Source of the DNA: a virus
Taxonomy: Duplodnaviria > Caudoviricetes
DNA: 64,000 nucleotides
Direction: 5' to 3' (one strand)
IMG/VR virus record: IMGVR_UViG_3300042940_001591
Below, piece after piece: positions 30,474 to 40,701 of the stretch. Each line of letters starts with the position of its first letter. Positions within the stretch are counted from its first letter, which is position 1. Both the position numbers and the translations under genes were made by a program. The notes under the pieces are model-generated. The model did not search any database. It saw only the letters and a list, made by a program, of their open reading frames with translations, and was not told the origin of the DNA.

Positions 30474-33400
30474 TATTCAGCTGGTGGGAACACCCCTTTA
30501 GGTCCGTAATATTTTATTAGTCTATCAAATGCAGATTTACCCGGTCTTATACCAAAGTAAAATTGTAGTCCTGTAGACAATACTTGTTTATTACCGCTAT
30601 AATTTTTAGCAGTTCCGAAAATAAATAATTCCTTACTATTGTGTACATAACTTATTGGTGATGACCAAGTTTGTCCAGAAACAATATAAATGTTTCCCGT
30701 TGATGGTGATTTAACATCTCCTGTTAAAACTTCTAACCATATGTCACCTTCCGTATATCCTGAAGCAGGGTCTGTTGGTGCCGTTGTTTCTATTCTATCA
30801 AACCTATCCATCATATCCGTATAATTTCCATCATATGAGTATGTGGGATGTTGTTTAGTCATTGGTAATAATAAAAACTCTTCTTCTCCGTCAGGGAACA
30901 AATAGTTTGTGTTTGTTTCGGTTTCACCAGATATTGATATAATCCTTTGGATTCTTTGGGTTGCAATTTTAGTTCTATCCCATCTTTGTTTATCTGAATT
31001 CGCGGTATAAGGTCCAAAATCTTCACCCTTTTTATCCCACAAGAAGAACGGAACTTTTTGTGAGTAATCCCCCAATCTATTATTTAAACATAATCTAACA
31101 AATCTACCGTTATCATCTAATTTAAAATCAATAGGTGTTGGCCCATAATTTCCTGTTCCTCCCGTAAAATAAGTTATTGTTAAAGGGTCTTCAGGGTCTA
31201 AGAATTCACCATTGAACATGAAGTATTTTGATGAGTCTAAATCAAAAGCCTCAATACCCGCCTCATTATTAATAGACATTAATTGAGTTATATCACCATC
31301 CAATACTTGTCCAAAATTGTAACTTGAATCACTAAAAAAATCACCGACATCAAATTTTGCGTTTGAAACATCCATTCTATAGTTAATAACGTGTTCAATA
31401 ATATTAGCTGGGTCTTGGTATGTGGTTGGGGTTAAATCTCTAACAACAGAACAGGTTGGGTCAATCCTTGGGTCATAACAAATTTCATACATAAATTCAT
31501 CTCTAACACCTACATCATAAAATGTTGTTGGGTGTAACAATTCTAAGTAGTTACTATATTGTTGACCAATAAATCCACTTGTTGGATTATATGGTGTTGA
31601 CCTATAATAGAATTTTTTATGTAAAACATTATAAAAAACCAATTCTCTTGGGAATTTTGAACCTCTTTGATTTAAATCTAAAACTTGTTGATTATCCCAT
31701 TTAATCCTATATTCAAATTTAAAGAAATATAATAACCCATTTAACCAATTATCTATAAATGAAAAATTAGTTACTCCTCCACAGAAAAATAAACCAACTC
31801 TTTTTCTTTTATACCATTCTGTTAATAAATCAATATTTTTTGATGCTCCTTGAATAACGGGTATAATTGTAAAAACACCGTCTCTTATTTCTGAATAACC
31901 CGATTTAGTTTTTCTATCATAATATTTGTTACCAATTTTTGACCATATTTTAAAGTACGGCATTCTTTCTGAACCCCCACCTGCAATAATATCAGCCATA
32001 ATTGTAGAACCAGCAACAGGTGTTGAGGATTCGACTAAACCAGCGGCATATCCTGTTGATGGGTTTATTGGTGAGTGTGAATCTCCATATGAAGAATCTG
32101 GTGTTGCCCACAAATATTTGTATGATAATGCCTCATTATATGCTTTGTCATATTTTTGACAACCTACTTCTGTTGCAATTTCTGTTCTTATTTGGTCAGC
32201 CGGATTTTTCTTTCTAACTGTTCTATCATAAATTCTCATGATAACGAAAGTTCCTCTATCTGCGAAATTACCCACTCCATTATGTCCTCCCTCATATCCT
32301 GCATAGTTAACACCACATAGATTTGTCCATTCCTCATGACTAAATGCTAACACTTCCATATAGTTTTTCCAAATACCAACAACGTTTGTCCATTGTTGTA
32401 TTTTACTACTTAGTCTTGTTGGTCCATTTGAAGCACCATATGCTTCCCAACTATCTTCTTTATCTGGACCCAAAAATGTTGCTTTCCAATGATCTCTAAA
32501 TTGAGCAGCTCTAAAATAACTTTTATTACCTAAAGCATTATTTGACTTATTAAAGTTTAAAATAAAATTTGAGAATGATATTGATGTTATACCCGCTTTG
32601 TCTGGAGGCACTGTGTACGGAATAATTGTATCATCAACCAAAGGATACATATCCGCAATAAATCTACTATCGTTTATGTCTCCTTGTAATGGTATAACTT
32701 TTGCAGTGCTCAGATATTCTAATATTGTTTTTTGTGTTGCCTTTGTTGGGTTTGTTAATTGGAAATTGTTACTATATAGTGGTGATGATGTGTCAGAACT
32801 ATAATCTCTTGCCTGTGCATCTGGATAAAATGATTGTAGCCAAGATGAACCGTTTGTGGTTGATGTGTTAAATTCTATTGGTATTAACATTACCGAGCCA
32901 GCACCTTGACCAATACCGACTACTTTTAATTTTATCTCTCCAACAGACGCATATTCAGATTCAGTTGATAAATCGGCAAATGCTGATGTATCTTCAGAAC
33001 ACTCTTCACAATCGGGATAAACCGTTAATGGAAGTACTTTTGTTCCTTTATCTTGCATACTATATGCCGCACTCATAAATTGTTCACCAATTCTCGCAAA
33101 CGGTCTCCAATTAAATGGCCATCCAAAATATATTCCGAATAGACCTTGACCTACTGAAAATAAAAATGAACCAATAAATTCAAAAAATTTGACAATGATG
33201 ATTGCAAAAACGAATTGTATAAATGTTACAATAGAAGATATTAATAAACTAAATTTAATTCTATTTCTAAATGCGAAGTTTGTTGGTATATAATTTGCAT
33301 TACCTGTACAATCATCTTCTTGACTTGGTCTAATTTGTTTAATACCTAAAAATGCATCTCTTCTTGATAAACCAAAAAATTGTTCGGCGGTTGAAACTTC

Positions 33401-34837
33401 ATAATGTGACCCTTGAAAAGACGTTGGTGTGTAAACTTTACCATAAATAAATTTATAGAAAACGTCTTCGGGAACTCCTCCGTTATTTGTCCCCAACATT
33501 GCATTTAATTTGTCATTAACAAATGTTGTTGCCATTGTTGAACCAGTTGTACCGGCTGGCCATGCGATATTTAAATAATCTTCAAATACATTTGAAAATT
33601 GATAAGTTGTTAATAATTCTTCATCATACTCACCTAAATTATTTGAACCATTTGCATTTTTATTATATTCTCTAATTTGTGGTATTAAATAATGTGCCGA
33701 TGTTGTTCCCTTTGTTGATTCGGTATTTCCTTCACCTAAACCAATTCTAAGTCTTGCAATTGTTGTTGTTGGAATACCTTTATTTCGGTCGTTTGTAATT
33801 TCTTCTTCACCAAATTCGTTTGTGAAGGTATATTCCATATTCATTGGAATGACAGCCATTGCTGTACCATCATCTTCAATAACACCCGGATTAAAATACT
33901 CTAATTCAGGATACAATGTTGTTCCATCTGAACCATATACTTTATTTCCTGTATATCTTACACCTTCAATTTTACCACCACTAGTTTGTAAATTACATTT
34001 ATATCCAGTGTTCGTTCTAATAACACCAGTTTTCTTAACCGCATCTGAATCACTATCTGTTACAGATGAGATTAAAATTAATGAAATTGGTTCTACCTTA
34101 ACACCTTTATCTGATAAGTCAAAATCTACTCTTGATATACCTATTTCACATAAATCTTGATTTCCCCAAAATGGAAAAACCTCAATTTTTTTATTAAATG
34201 CTACAATTTGTTCTAACCCGTCTAAATCTTCATCAGATTTAAAATTATAAAATCTATCAAATCTTTTTTCGTCAATTCCTTGTCTAATAAAATCATATGG
34301 TCTAATTGAAAAACATCCCATATCTGACAAGTCAACTTCAGCATGAATTGTTTGTTCACCTAATGGAACTCCCCAAATCATAAAGTCACCAGCACTATTG
34401 GTTTTTACAGTATAATTGTAATAAGTTTCATAAACTTCTAAAACTTCCTCTCTTGATAAGATTTCTTGTTGGTCAAAAAATGTACCTGTTGGTACATGTC
34501 CTCCGTGTTGTTTCCTTGATGGTAAAAGATTATAACGATATCCATCATCATTTTTATCTACGACTGACGTATAGGGATATAAAGCGGATATAACGGGGTC
34601 TGTTGAATCTGTGTCTTTTTGTGGTACAAAAACCGATACTTTAACATTTGGTATACCTAAACCATTATTTGCAGTAACTCTACCACAAACCACTCCATAA
34701 TCCGAGCATAACGATGTATATGCCTGTTGTTGGGTAAATTTTAATGATAAAACCTCCAATAAGTCGTAGTCTTGTTTTAACTCAACCGTAACCCTTTGGT
34801 CTTTTCCAATATTTGTTGAAATTCTATGTTTTTGCAT
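30473..34837 (-). CDS. large putative baseplate-associated protein with N-terminal carboxypeptidase-regulatory-like (transthyretin-fold) domain and a hydrophobic segment
   Basis: 1454 aa; GVVCGRVTANNGLGIPNVKVSVFVP; follows the gp6-like wedge gene. Confidence 0.65.
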   Translation of the reverse strand: MQKHRISTNIGKDQRVTVELKQDYDLLEVLSLKFTQQQAYTSLCSDYGVVCGRVTANNGLGIPNVKVSVFVPQKDTDSTDPVISALYPYTSVVDKNDDGYRYNLLPSRKQHGGHVPTGTFFDQQEILSREEVLEVYETYYNYTVKTNSAGDFMIWGVPLGEQTIHAEVDLSDMGCFSIRPYDFIRQGIDEKRFDRFYNFKSDEDLDGLEQIVAFNKKIEVFPFWGNQDLCEIGISRVDFDLSDKGVKVEPISLILISSVTDSDSDAVKKTGVIRTNTGYKCNLQTSGGKIEGVRYTGNKVYGSDGTTLYPELEYFNPGVIEDDGTAMAVIPMNMEYTFTNEFGEEEITNDRNKGIPTTTIARLRIGLGEGNTESTKGTTSAHYLIPQIREYNKNANGSNNLGEYDEELLTTYQFSNVFEDYLNIAWPAGTTGSTMATTFVNDKLNAMLGTNNGGVPEDVFYKFIYGKVYTPTSFQGSHYEVSTAEQFFGLSRRDAFLGIKQIRPSQEDDCTGNANYIPTNFAFRNRIKFSLLISSIVTFIQFVFAIIIVKFFEFIGSFLFSVGQGLFGIYFGWPFNWRPFARIGEQFMSAAYSMQDKGTKVLPLTVYPDCEECSEDTSAFADLSTESEYASVGEIKLKVVGIGQGAGSVMLIPIEFNTSTTNGSSWLQSFYPDAQARDYSSDTSSPLYSNNFQLTNPTKATQKTILEYLSTAKVIPLQGDINDSRFIADMYPLVDDTIIPYTVPPDKAGITSISFSNFILNFNKSNNALGNKSYFRAAQFRDHWKATFLGPDKEDSWEAYGASNGPTRLSSKIQQWTNVVGIWKNYMEVLAFSHEEWTNLCGVNYAGYEGGHNGVGNFADRGTFVIMRIYDRTVRKKNPADQIRTEIATEVGCQKYDKAYNEALSYKYLWATPDSSYGDSHSPINPSTGYAAGLVESSTPVAGSTIMADIIAGGGSERMPYFKIWSKIGNKYYDRKTKSGYSEIRDGVFTIIPVIQGASKNIDLLTEWYKRKRVGLFFCGGVTNFSFIDNWLNGLLYFFKFEYRIKWDNQQVLDLNQRGSKFPRELVFYNVLHKKFYYRSTPYNPTSGFIGQQYSNYLELLHPTTFYDVGVRDEFMYEICYDPRIDPTCSVVRDLTPTTYQDPANIIEHVINYRMDVSNAKFDVGDFFSDSSYNFGQVLDGDITQLMSINNEAGIEAFDLDSSKYFMFNGEFLDPEDPLTITYFTGGTGNYGPTPIDFKLDDNGRFVRLCLNNRLGDYSQKVPFFLWDKKGEDFGPYTANSDKQRWDRTKIATQRIQRIISISGETETNTNYLFPDGEEEFLLLPMTKQHPTYSYDGNYTDMMDRFDRIETTAPTDPASGYTEGDIWLEVLTGDVKSPSTGNIYIVSGQTWSSPISYVHNSKELFIFGTAKNYSGNKQVLSTGLQFYFGIRPGKSAFDRLIKYYGPKGVFPPAE

Positions 34838-34894
34838 TGTTCTTATAATAAATAGAAAGCATGAGATTTTCTACTATTATAACGAAAAAACATT

Positions 34895-36724
34895 TTAGTA
34901 TGTAGTCGTTCCTAAAGATTTAGTTCTCACTTTGATATCTACATTTGGGAATCTGATTTGGAAAATTTGATTGGACTTCATGAATATCGTTAAATCAGTT
35001 TGTGTTATTAATCCTGTTGTTGCATTTACGTCTTGTGAAACTTCAGAACTTGAGTAGTTTCCACCTTTTTTGTTAAAAACTCTAACGTCGACAACATTTA
35101 CAACTCCTGAAACCGCACCAATTTCTCTCATTAAATCTCCTACGAATAATGGGTCACCCATTTTACGTTTTTCAATTGCGAAAAATTCTACTGTATTTTG
35201 AATCGTTGTTCTTAAAATATCACTTGTTTTTTCGTTCTTATCGACAATTAAATCAATTTCTAACCCTAAATCAATTACCTGACCACTTGTAATATCAATG
35301 TAATCATTTATCATTCTATATTCAGAAAGATAACTTAATATGTTGTTTTTCAATGTGTTAGAAACAATATCAGTTAAATTACCATTTTCATCATATGATA
35401 AAAGTTTAATCTTAACCTTATTATCTTCTTCCATTACATTTACTTTAGCAGGTGCACCATAAGTAGATGGCATTGTCTCAATCAATGATTTGTAATCATT
35501 TAAAGTTACTGCTCTATCTTGTGCGGAAAAATTATAAGATACCATATTTCTTAACTCTTCTATTGTAGGTTGGTCAGCTCCACCGATTGCGGGAGTTACG
35601 TTAGTAACTCTCAATGATTGTTGAACTTGTGAATTAAAGTTCTCATTTGGACCATTAACCTCAAATTCAACGTCATCTACACTTGTTATAATATTAACCC
35701 CTAAATTCGAGTCTTTACCACCGCCAATACGATATTTGATGAATATTGTGGTGTTGGCCTTTGGTACCGCACCCAATGACATATTATTTAGATATGTTGA
35801 TAGATTAACCTTTAAAGAACCATTCATATAGTTATCTAAATTATCTAATGGGTTAACAGTTCCTGAACCAAATGTTATTGAAAAATAACCCTCGGGAGTA
35901 TATTCGGTTACAAATTTGTTGTTTACATCGAGATATTTTCCCGCCTTAAAATTATCTGAATCTGAAGCTGCAGTTGGGTCTGGTATAAAAACTTTATCTT
36001 GAATTAATGTTTTTACTTCATACCATTTATTTGAAATGTTTGTAAATTCAGAAGATGATGGATTTGCCCCAAATGAGGTTCCATCTTTATGAATAATAGA
36101 TGTTACACCTAACACATCTTGTTCGGGTAAGTAAAGTTTAAGAAATGGTTTTTGATCTAATTCTGAAATTACTCTTCTATAAATTCTTGTAACTCCGTTA
36201 ACAACGGGTTCTCTTTTTGTTATAGTGTATGAAATCAATCTATTATTATTATCAAAATTAGGTATTTTAAGTCTATTTGGTTCTCCTCTACTATTGAATG
36301 GGTCAGAAAAATCAATATCTTCTAACGTTTCAAATATTTGTCCTCCTCCTGAAACCTGAGCACCTGCTTTAACAACACCCAAATATCTATCATCCTCTTT
36401 ATCTCCCCTTACCGGCACGTTAATAGAAAAATCACATAAAGAAACGGATGGTCTATTACCGGGTATTTTAATACCATAAGTTTTTGCAATATGAAATAAC
36501 GATTGTCTTTGTTGAGCAAAGTCTAACATTGTTTCTTGCCAAACCCTATCAATATGAAAGTGTAAGTTATCTGCAACTGCCGCGTTTAAATCTAACAATA
36601 CAGAGAATATTGATGCGTCGTTGGTATTTTTAACCAAATCAGGATAATATTCTTTTGTTAAATTTACTAATTCTTGTCTAAGTCCCGCAAAATCTCTGGT
36701 TGCGTATGATATCTTTTTTCCCAT
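34895..36724 (-). CDS. baseplate wedge subunit (T4 gp6 / baseplate J-like)
   Basis: ISYATRDFAGLRQEL, FHIDRVWQETMLDFAQ, YRIGGG..SN, AIGGAD, QDRAVTLNDY motifs; 609 aa. Confidence 0.9.
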   Translation of the reverse strand: MGKKISYATRDFAGLRQELVNLTKEYYPDLVKNTNDASIFSVLLDLNAAVADNLHFHIDRVWQETMLDFAQQRQSLFHIAKTYGIKIPGNRPSVSLCDFSINVPVRGDKEDDRYLGVVKAGAQVSGGGQIFETLEDIDFSDPFNSRGEPNRLKIPNFDNNNRLISYTITKREPVVNGVTRIYRRVISELDQKPFLKLYLPEQDVLGVTSIIHKDGTSFGANPSSSEFTNISNKWYEVKTLIQDKVFIPDPTAASDSDNFKAGKYLDVNNKFVTEYTPEGYFSITFGSGTVNPLDNLDNYMNGSLKVNLSTYLNNMSLGAVPKANTTIFIKYRIGGGKDSNLGVNIITSVDDVEFEVNGPNENFNSQVQQSLRVTNVTPAIGGADQPTIEELRNMVSYNFSAQDRAVTLNDYKSLIETMPSTYGAPAKVNVMEEDNKVKIKLLSYDENGNLTDIVSNTLKNNILSYLSEYRMINDYIDITSGQVIDLGLEIDLIVDKNEKTSDILRTTIQNTVEFFAIEKRKMGDPLFVGDLMREIGAVSGVVNVVDVRVFNKKGGNYSSSEVSQDVNATTGLITQTDLTIFMKSNQIFQIRFPNVDIKVRTKSLGTTTY

Positions 36725-36725
36725 T

Positions 36726-37178
36726 TTAAATGTTTAATATTATAAAATCTGAAGACGAAAACGCTCCATTATTAACTGTATATTCAATCTTTACTTTAGC
36801 CGTGTACGGTTTATTTTTACTATCTGATACTCTAAAAAGTCTTTCGTCCTCATCAGAAGAAAATGTTCTTACATTATCAGGATCATCTTCCGCAGAAATT
36901 ACTTCAAGATTTGTTATGTCTAAATTAGGTATGTATCTTTTTACCGATTCCCTAATTTCTTCTTCAATTAAGTTCCAAGTTACCATGTCGTTTTGGTCGA
37001 ATATAAATTGATATAATCTTGTACCAAAATCAGGTAAGAAATAACGACTACCTCTTTTTGTTAATAATAAATGTATTAAATTAGCTCTAACTTCCCTATC
37101 GGGTGCTGAGGTCATTTTTAAATAACTACCTTCTAAACTGTCTCTAAAAGGAAAATCAATTCCATATTTTACCGCCAT
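36726..37178 (-). CDS. baseplate wedge subunit gp25-like (GPW/gp25 family)
   Basis: GIDFPF, NLIHLLLTKRGSRYFLPDFGTRLYQFIFD signature; 150 aa. Confidence 0.9.
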   Translation of the reverse strand: MAVKYGIDFPFRDSLEGSYLKMTSAPDREVRANLIHLLLTKRGSRYFLPDFGTRLYQFIFDQNDMVTWNLIEEEIRESVKRYIPNLDITNLEVISAEDDPDNVRTFSSDEDERLFRVSDSKNKPYTAKVKIEYTVNNGAFSSSDFIILNI

Positions 37179-37214
37179 ACCAATAAATATAAACTATTAT
37201 AAAATGGTAATAAA

Positions 37215-37240
37215 TAAAAAACCCAGCCGAAGCTGGGTTA
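37215..37240 (-). terminator. intrinsic terminator after nrdA with C(UUCG)G tetraloop
   Basis: Minus strand AACCCAGC-TTCG-GCTGGGTT followed by T-run. Confidence 0.85.
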
Positions 37241-37268
37241 AATTTATAGTAAAATATACCTAATTTTA

Positions 37269-39701
37269 TTACGAACCACATCCCTCACACTCAAATGGTG
37301 AATCGGTGGGTCTTTCTGATGTCATTACAACTTCAGGTGTTTGTTCACTAATCAATGTATTATTTGTTGGAACTTCAACATTATTCACAGATGATGTTTG
37401 TTCGACTGGTTTTGATGCTGACATATCAACCCCCAAACCTTTCAACGCATCAACTGCCGCTCTTGTTCTTAAATAATACATACCAGTTTTTAAACCTAAT
37501 TTCCATCCAAATAAGTGTGCTGCTAATAATTTAGGTTTAGTTGCATTATCCACAAATAAATTTAATGATTGTGATTGGTCAATAAATACACTTCTGTTTG
37601 CTGCCATTTGTAAAACTCTCTTTTGAGACATTTCCCAAACGGTCTTATATACTTCTTTCATTTCAGTTGGAATTTCAGGAATATTTTGAACCGAACCATT
37701 TTCCATGATTAACTTGTTCTTAATCGTATCATTCCATAACCCTAACTTCAATAAATCGGCAACCAAATGTTTGTTAATCATGACAAACTCACCACTTAAT
37801 GTTCTACGTGAATATAAATTTGTTGTGAATGGTTCAAACGCTTCATTATTACCTAAAATCTGTGCTGTAGATGCTGTTGGCATCGGTGCAACTAATAATG
37901 AATTTCTAACACCATAGTTAACAACATTCTTCCTTAATTTTTTCCAATCCCAACGACCAGATAAATCTTTGGCAGTTTTACCCCACATCTCAAATTGGAA
38001 AATTCCTTTTTCGATTGGTGAACCTGCAATTGATTCATATGGTCCAAACTCTTTCGATAAGTCATTTGAAGATGTCATCGCCGCAAAATATATTGTTTCA
38101 AAAATATCTGTTTGTAATTTATCAGCATCTTCAGATTCAAATGGTAAATTTAACATACAAAACACATCGGCTAAACCTTGAACTCCTAAGCCAACTGGTC
38201 TGTGTTTAAGATTTGAACGTTTTGTTTCTTCTGTTGGGTAATAATTTAAATCAATCACATTGTTTAAGTTTTTTACAACTTGATATGTGTATTCATATAA
38301 TAAATCGTGATTAAATTCACCGTTTAAAATATACTTAGGTAAAGCAATTGATGCTAAATTACAAACCGCTTGTTCAGTTGGTGAACTGTATTCAATAATT
38401 TCAGTACATAAGTTTGATGACTTGATAGTACCTAAATTTTTTTGGTTTGATTTATAATTGGCAGGGTCCTTATATAACATATAGGGTGTACCTGTTTCAA
38501 TTTGTGCAGTTAAGATAGCATCCATTAATTTTCTTGCTTTAATGACTTTTCTACCTAAACCTTGTTGTTCGTATGATTCATATAAACGAGTAAACGCCTT
38601 ATCTTCAGGACTATCATATGCATCAGATAATCCAGGTGCCTCATCAGGTGAGAACAATGTCCAATCACCATCTTGTTCGACACGTTGCATAAACAAATCA
38701 GGAGTCCACATTGCTAAGAACAAATCTCTTGCTCTCATTTCCTCTTTACCGTGATTTTTTCTTAAATCAATAAATTCAAATACATCAGAATGCCATGGTT
38801 CTAAATAAACAGCGAACGAACCTTTACGTTTTCCTCCTTGGTTAATCCAACGAGCAACTTCGTTATATGTTTTCATCATTGGTAACAATCCATCAGATTG
38901 TCCACCTGTTCCTTTAATATATGCTCCTTTAGCACGAACATCATGAACGTGTAAACCGATACCACCAGCCCACTTAGAAATCTTTGCAACGTCTTTAATT
39001 GTGTCAAACAAACCATCAATATCATCACCTTTGTTTCCAATTAAAAAACAAGATGACATTTGTGCTCTACGTGTACCAGCATTAAATAATGTTGGTGTTG
39101 CGTGAGTATAAAAATGTTGTGATAAGTCATCATAAATTCTTAACGCAGTATCTAAATCACCCTTACATATACCAACCGCAACTCTCATATAAAGATATTG
39201 TGGTCTTTCAATAACTCTATCTCCAATCTTTAAAAGATAAGAACGTTCTAATGTCTTATAACCAAAATAATCAAAATCAAAATCTCTTTCTTGATGAATT
39301 GCACCATCTAAAGTTTCTCTATTATCAATCACAAACTTGTAAACGTCATCACTTATTAATGAAGATTCTTTACCTGTTTTTGGTTCAACAAAAGAATATA
39401 GTTCTTTAACACATTGTGAGAATTTTTTATGTGTTGTTTTATGTAAATTAGAAACTGCCAATCTACCAGCTAACTTAGCATAATCTGGATGTGTTGTAAC
39501 CATAGCAGCAGCTGTCTCCGCCGCTAACACATCTAACTCAGTTGTTGATATTCCGTCATAAATTCCTTGTGTTACTTTTAATGTAACATATGTTGGGTCA
39601 ATATATTCTAAATTTAAATCACTACAGAAAACACTAATTCTTCTCGTGATTTTATCATACCTCATTTCCTCTAAGGAACCGTCTCTTTTTTTTACTTTCA
39701 T
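37269..39701 (-). CDS. nrdA: ribonucleoside-diphosphate reductase class Ia alpha subunit with ATP cone
   Basis: VKKRDG ATP cone, QMSSCFL, SNLCTEI, AVCNLAS, GMYYLR, C-terminal CEGC; 810 aa, uninterrupted. Confidence 0.97.
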   Translation of the reverse strand: MKVKKRDGSLEEMRYDKITRRISVFCSDLNLEYIDPTYVTLKVTQGIYDGISTTELDVLAAETAAAMVTTHPDYAKLAGRLAVSNLHKTTHKKFSQCVKELYSFVEPKTGKESSLISDDVYKFVIDNRETLDGAIHQERDFDFDYFGYKTLERSYLLKIGDRVIERPQYLYMRVAVGICKGDLDTALRIYDDLSQHFYTHATPTLFNAGTRRAQMSSCFLIGNKGDDIDGLFDTIKDVAKISKWAGGIGLHVHDVRAKGAYIKGTGGQSDGLLPMMKTYNEVARWINQGGKRKGSFAVYLEPWHSDVFEFIDLRKNHGKEEMRARDLFLAMWTPDLFMQRVEQDGDWTLFSPDEAPGLSDAYDSPEDKAFTRLYESYEQQGLGRKVIKARKLMDAILTAQIETGTPYMLYKDPANYKSNQKNLGTIKSSNLCTEIIEYSSPTEQAVCNLASIALPKYILNGEFNHDLLYEYTYQVVKNLNNVIDLNYYPTEETKRSNLKHRPVGLGVQGLADVFCMLNLPFESEDADKLQTDIFETIYFAAMTSSNDLSKEFGPYESIAGSPIEKGIFQFEMWGKTAKDLSGRWDWKKLRKNVVNYGVRNSLLVAPMPTASTAQILGNNEAFEPFTTNLYSRRTLSGEFVMINKHLVADLLKLGLWNDTIKNKLIMENGSVQNIPEIPTEMKEVYKTVWEMSQKRVLQMAANRSVFIDQSQSLNLFVDNATKPKLLAAHLFGWKLGLKTGMYYLRTRAAVDALKGLGVDMSASKPVEQTSSVNNVEVPTNNTLISEQTPEVVMTSERPTDSPFECEGCGS

Positions 39702-39716
39702 CTTTATAATAATATT

Positions 39717-40694
39717 TTAAAAATCAATGTCGTCACCAAATGCTGAATCTAAATCTTCAGTTGCTACGTTATTAACACCAGCTTTTTGATATTCAGCCAC
39801 TCTTTTCTCAAAAAAATTAGTTTTACCTTGTAATGCAATGTTTTGCATAAAATCAAAAGGATTTTCTGAATTATAAACTTTAGGAGCACCTAATGCAACC
39901 AATAATCTATCTGTTACAAACTCAAGGTATTGTGACATTAAATCTGAGTTCATACCGATTAAACGAACCGGCAATGCTTCGAGAATAAATTCCTTTTCAA
40001 TTTCTAACGCACCACAAATAATTTCTTTAATTCTTTCTGGTGATATTTTATTTTCAATATGGTTGTTATAAAGATGACAAGCAAAATCACAGTGTACACC
40101 TTCGTCACGAGAAATCAACTCATTTGAAAAAGTTAAACCTGGCATTAAACCTCTTTTCTTTAACCAAAAAATTGAACAGAACGAACCTGAAAAGAAAATA
40201 CCCTCCACCGCAGCAAACGCTAATAGTCTATCTACGAATGATTCTGAATTAATCCATTTAAGTGCCCAATCCGCTTTCTTCTTAATTGCGGGAATAGTAT
40301 CAATTGCATTAAACAATTTATGTTGTTCTTCCTTATCTTTTACCAATGTATCAATTAATAATGAATACGTTTCACTATGAATATTCTCCATCATAATTTG
40401 GAATCCATAAAAGAATTTAGCTTCAGTATATTGAACTTCATTAACAAAGTTCATTGCCAAATTTTCATTTACTATACCATCAGATGCCGCAAAAAATGCT
40501 AACACGTGTTTTACGAAATGTTGTTCATCGTCATTTAATTTATTCTCCCAGTCATTTACATCTTGAGTTAAATCAATCTCTTCCGCAGTCCAAAAAGACG
40601 CTTCAGATTGTTTATAGAACTTCCATAAGTCATGATGTTCGATAGGAAAAAGGACAAACCTTCCTGGGTTGTCTTGTAAAATTTTTTCAGTCAT
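39717..40694 (-). CDS. nrdB: ribonucleoside-diphosphate reductase class Ia beta subunit
   Basis: [29 protein letters not shown] (radical Tyr), [16 protein letters not shown]; 325 aa. Confidence 0.97.
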   Translation of the reverse strand: MTEKILQDNPGRFVLFPIEHHDLWKFYKQSEASFWTAEEIDLTQDVNDWENKLNDDEQHFVKHVLAFFAASDGIVNENLAMNFVNEVQYTEAKFFYGFQIMMENIHSETYSLLIDTLVKDKEEQHKLFNAIDTIPAIKKKADWALKWINSESFVDRLLAFAAVEGIFFSGSFCSIFWLKKRGLMPGLTFSNELISRDEGVHCDFACHLYNNHIENKISPERIKEIICGALEIEKEFILEALPVRLIGMNSDLMSQYLEFVTDRLLVALGAPKVYNSENPFDFMQNIALQGKTNFFEKRVAEYQKAGVNNVATEDLDSAFGDDIDF

Positions 40695-40701
40695 TTTTTT
40701 T

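Noticed and set aside
34845-34885. Imperfect AT-rich inverted repeat TATAATAGTAGAAA / TTTCTATTTATTATA upstream of the 1454-aa gene
   Set aside because: Almost entirely A/T and weak; not distinguishable from background.
37269-40694. Eukaryotic or giant-virus origin suggested by RRM1/RRM2-like RNR
   Set aside because: Contractile tail genes, RecA, DnaB, intrinsic terminators and operon coupling indicate a bacteriophage.
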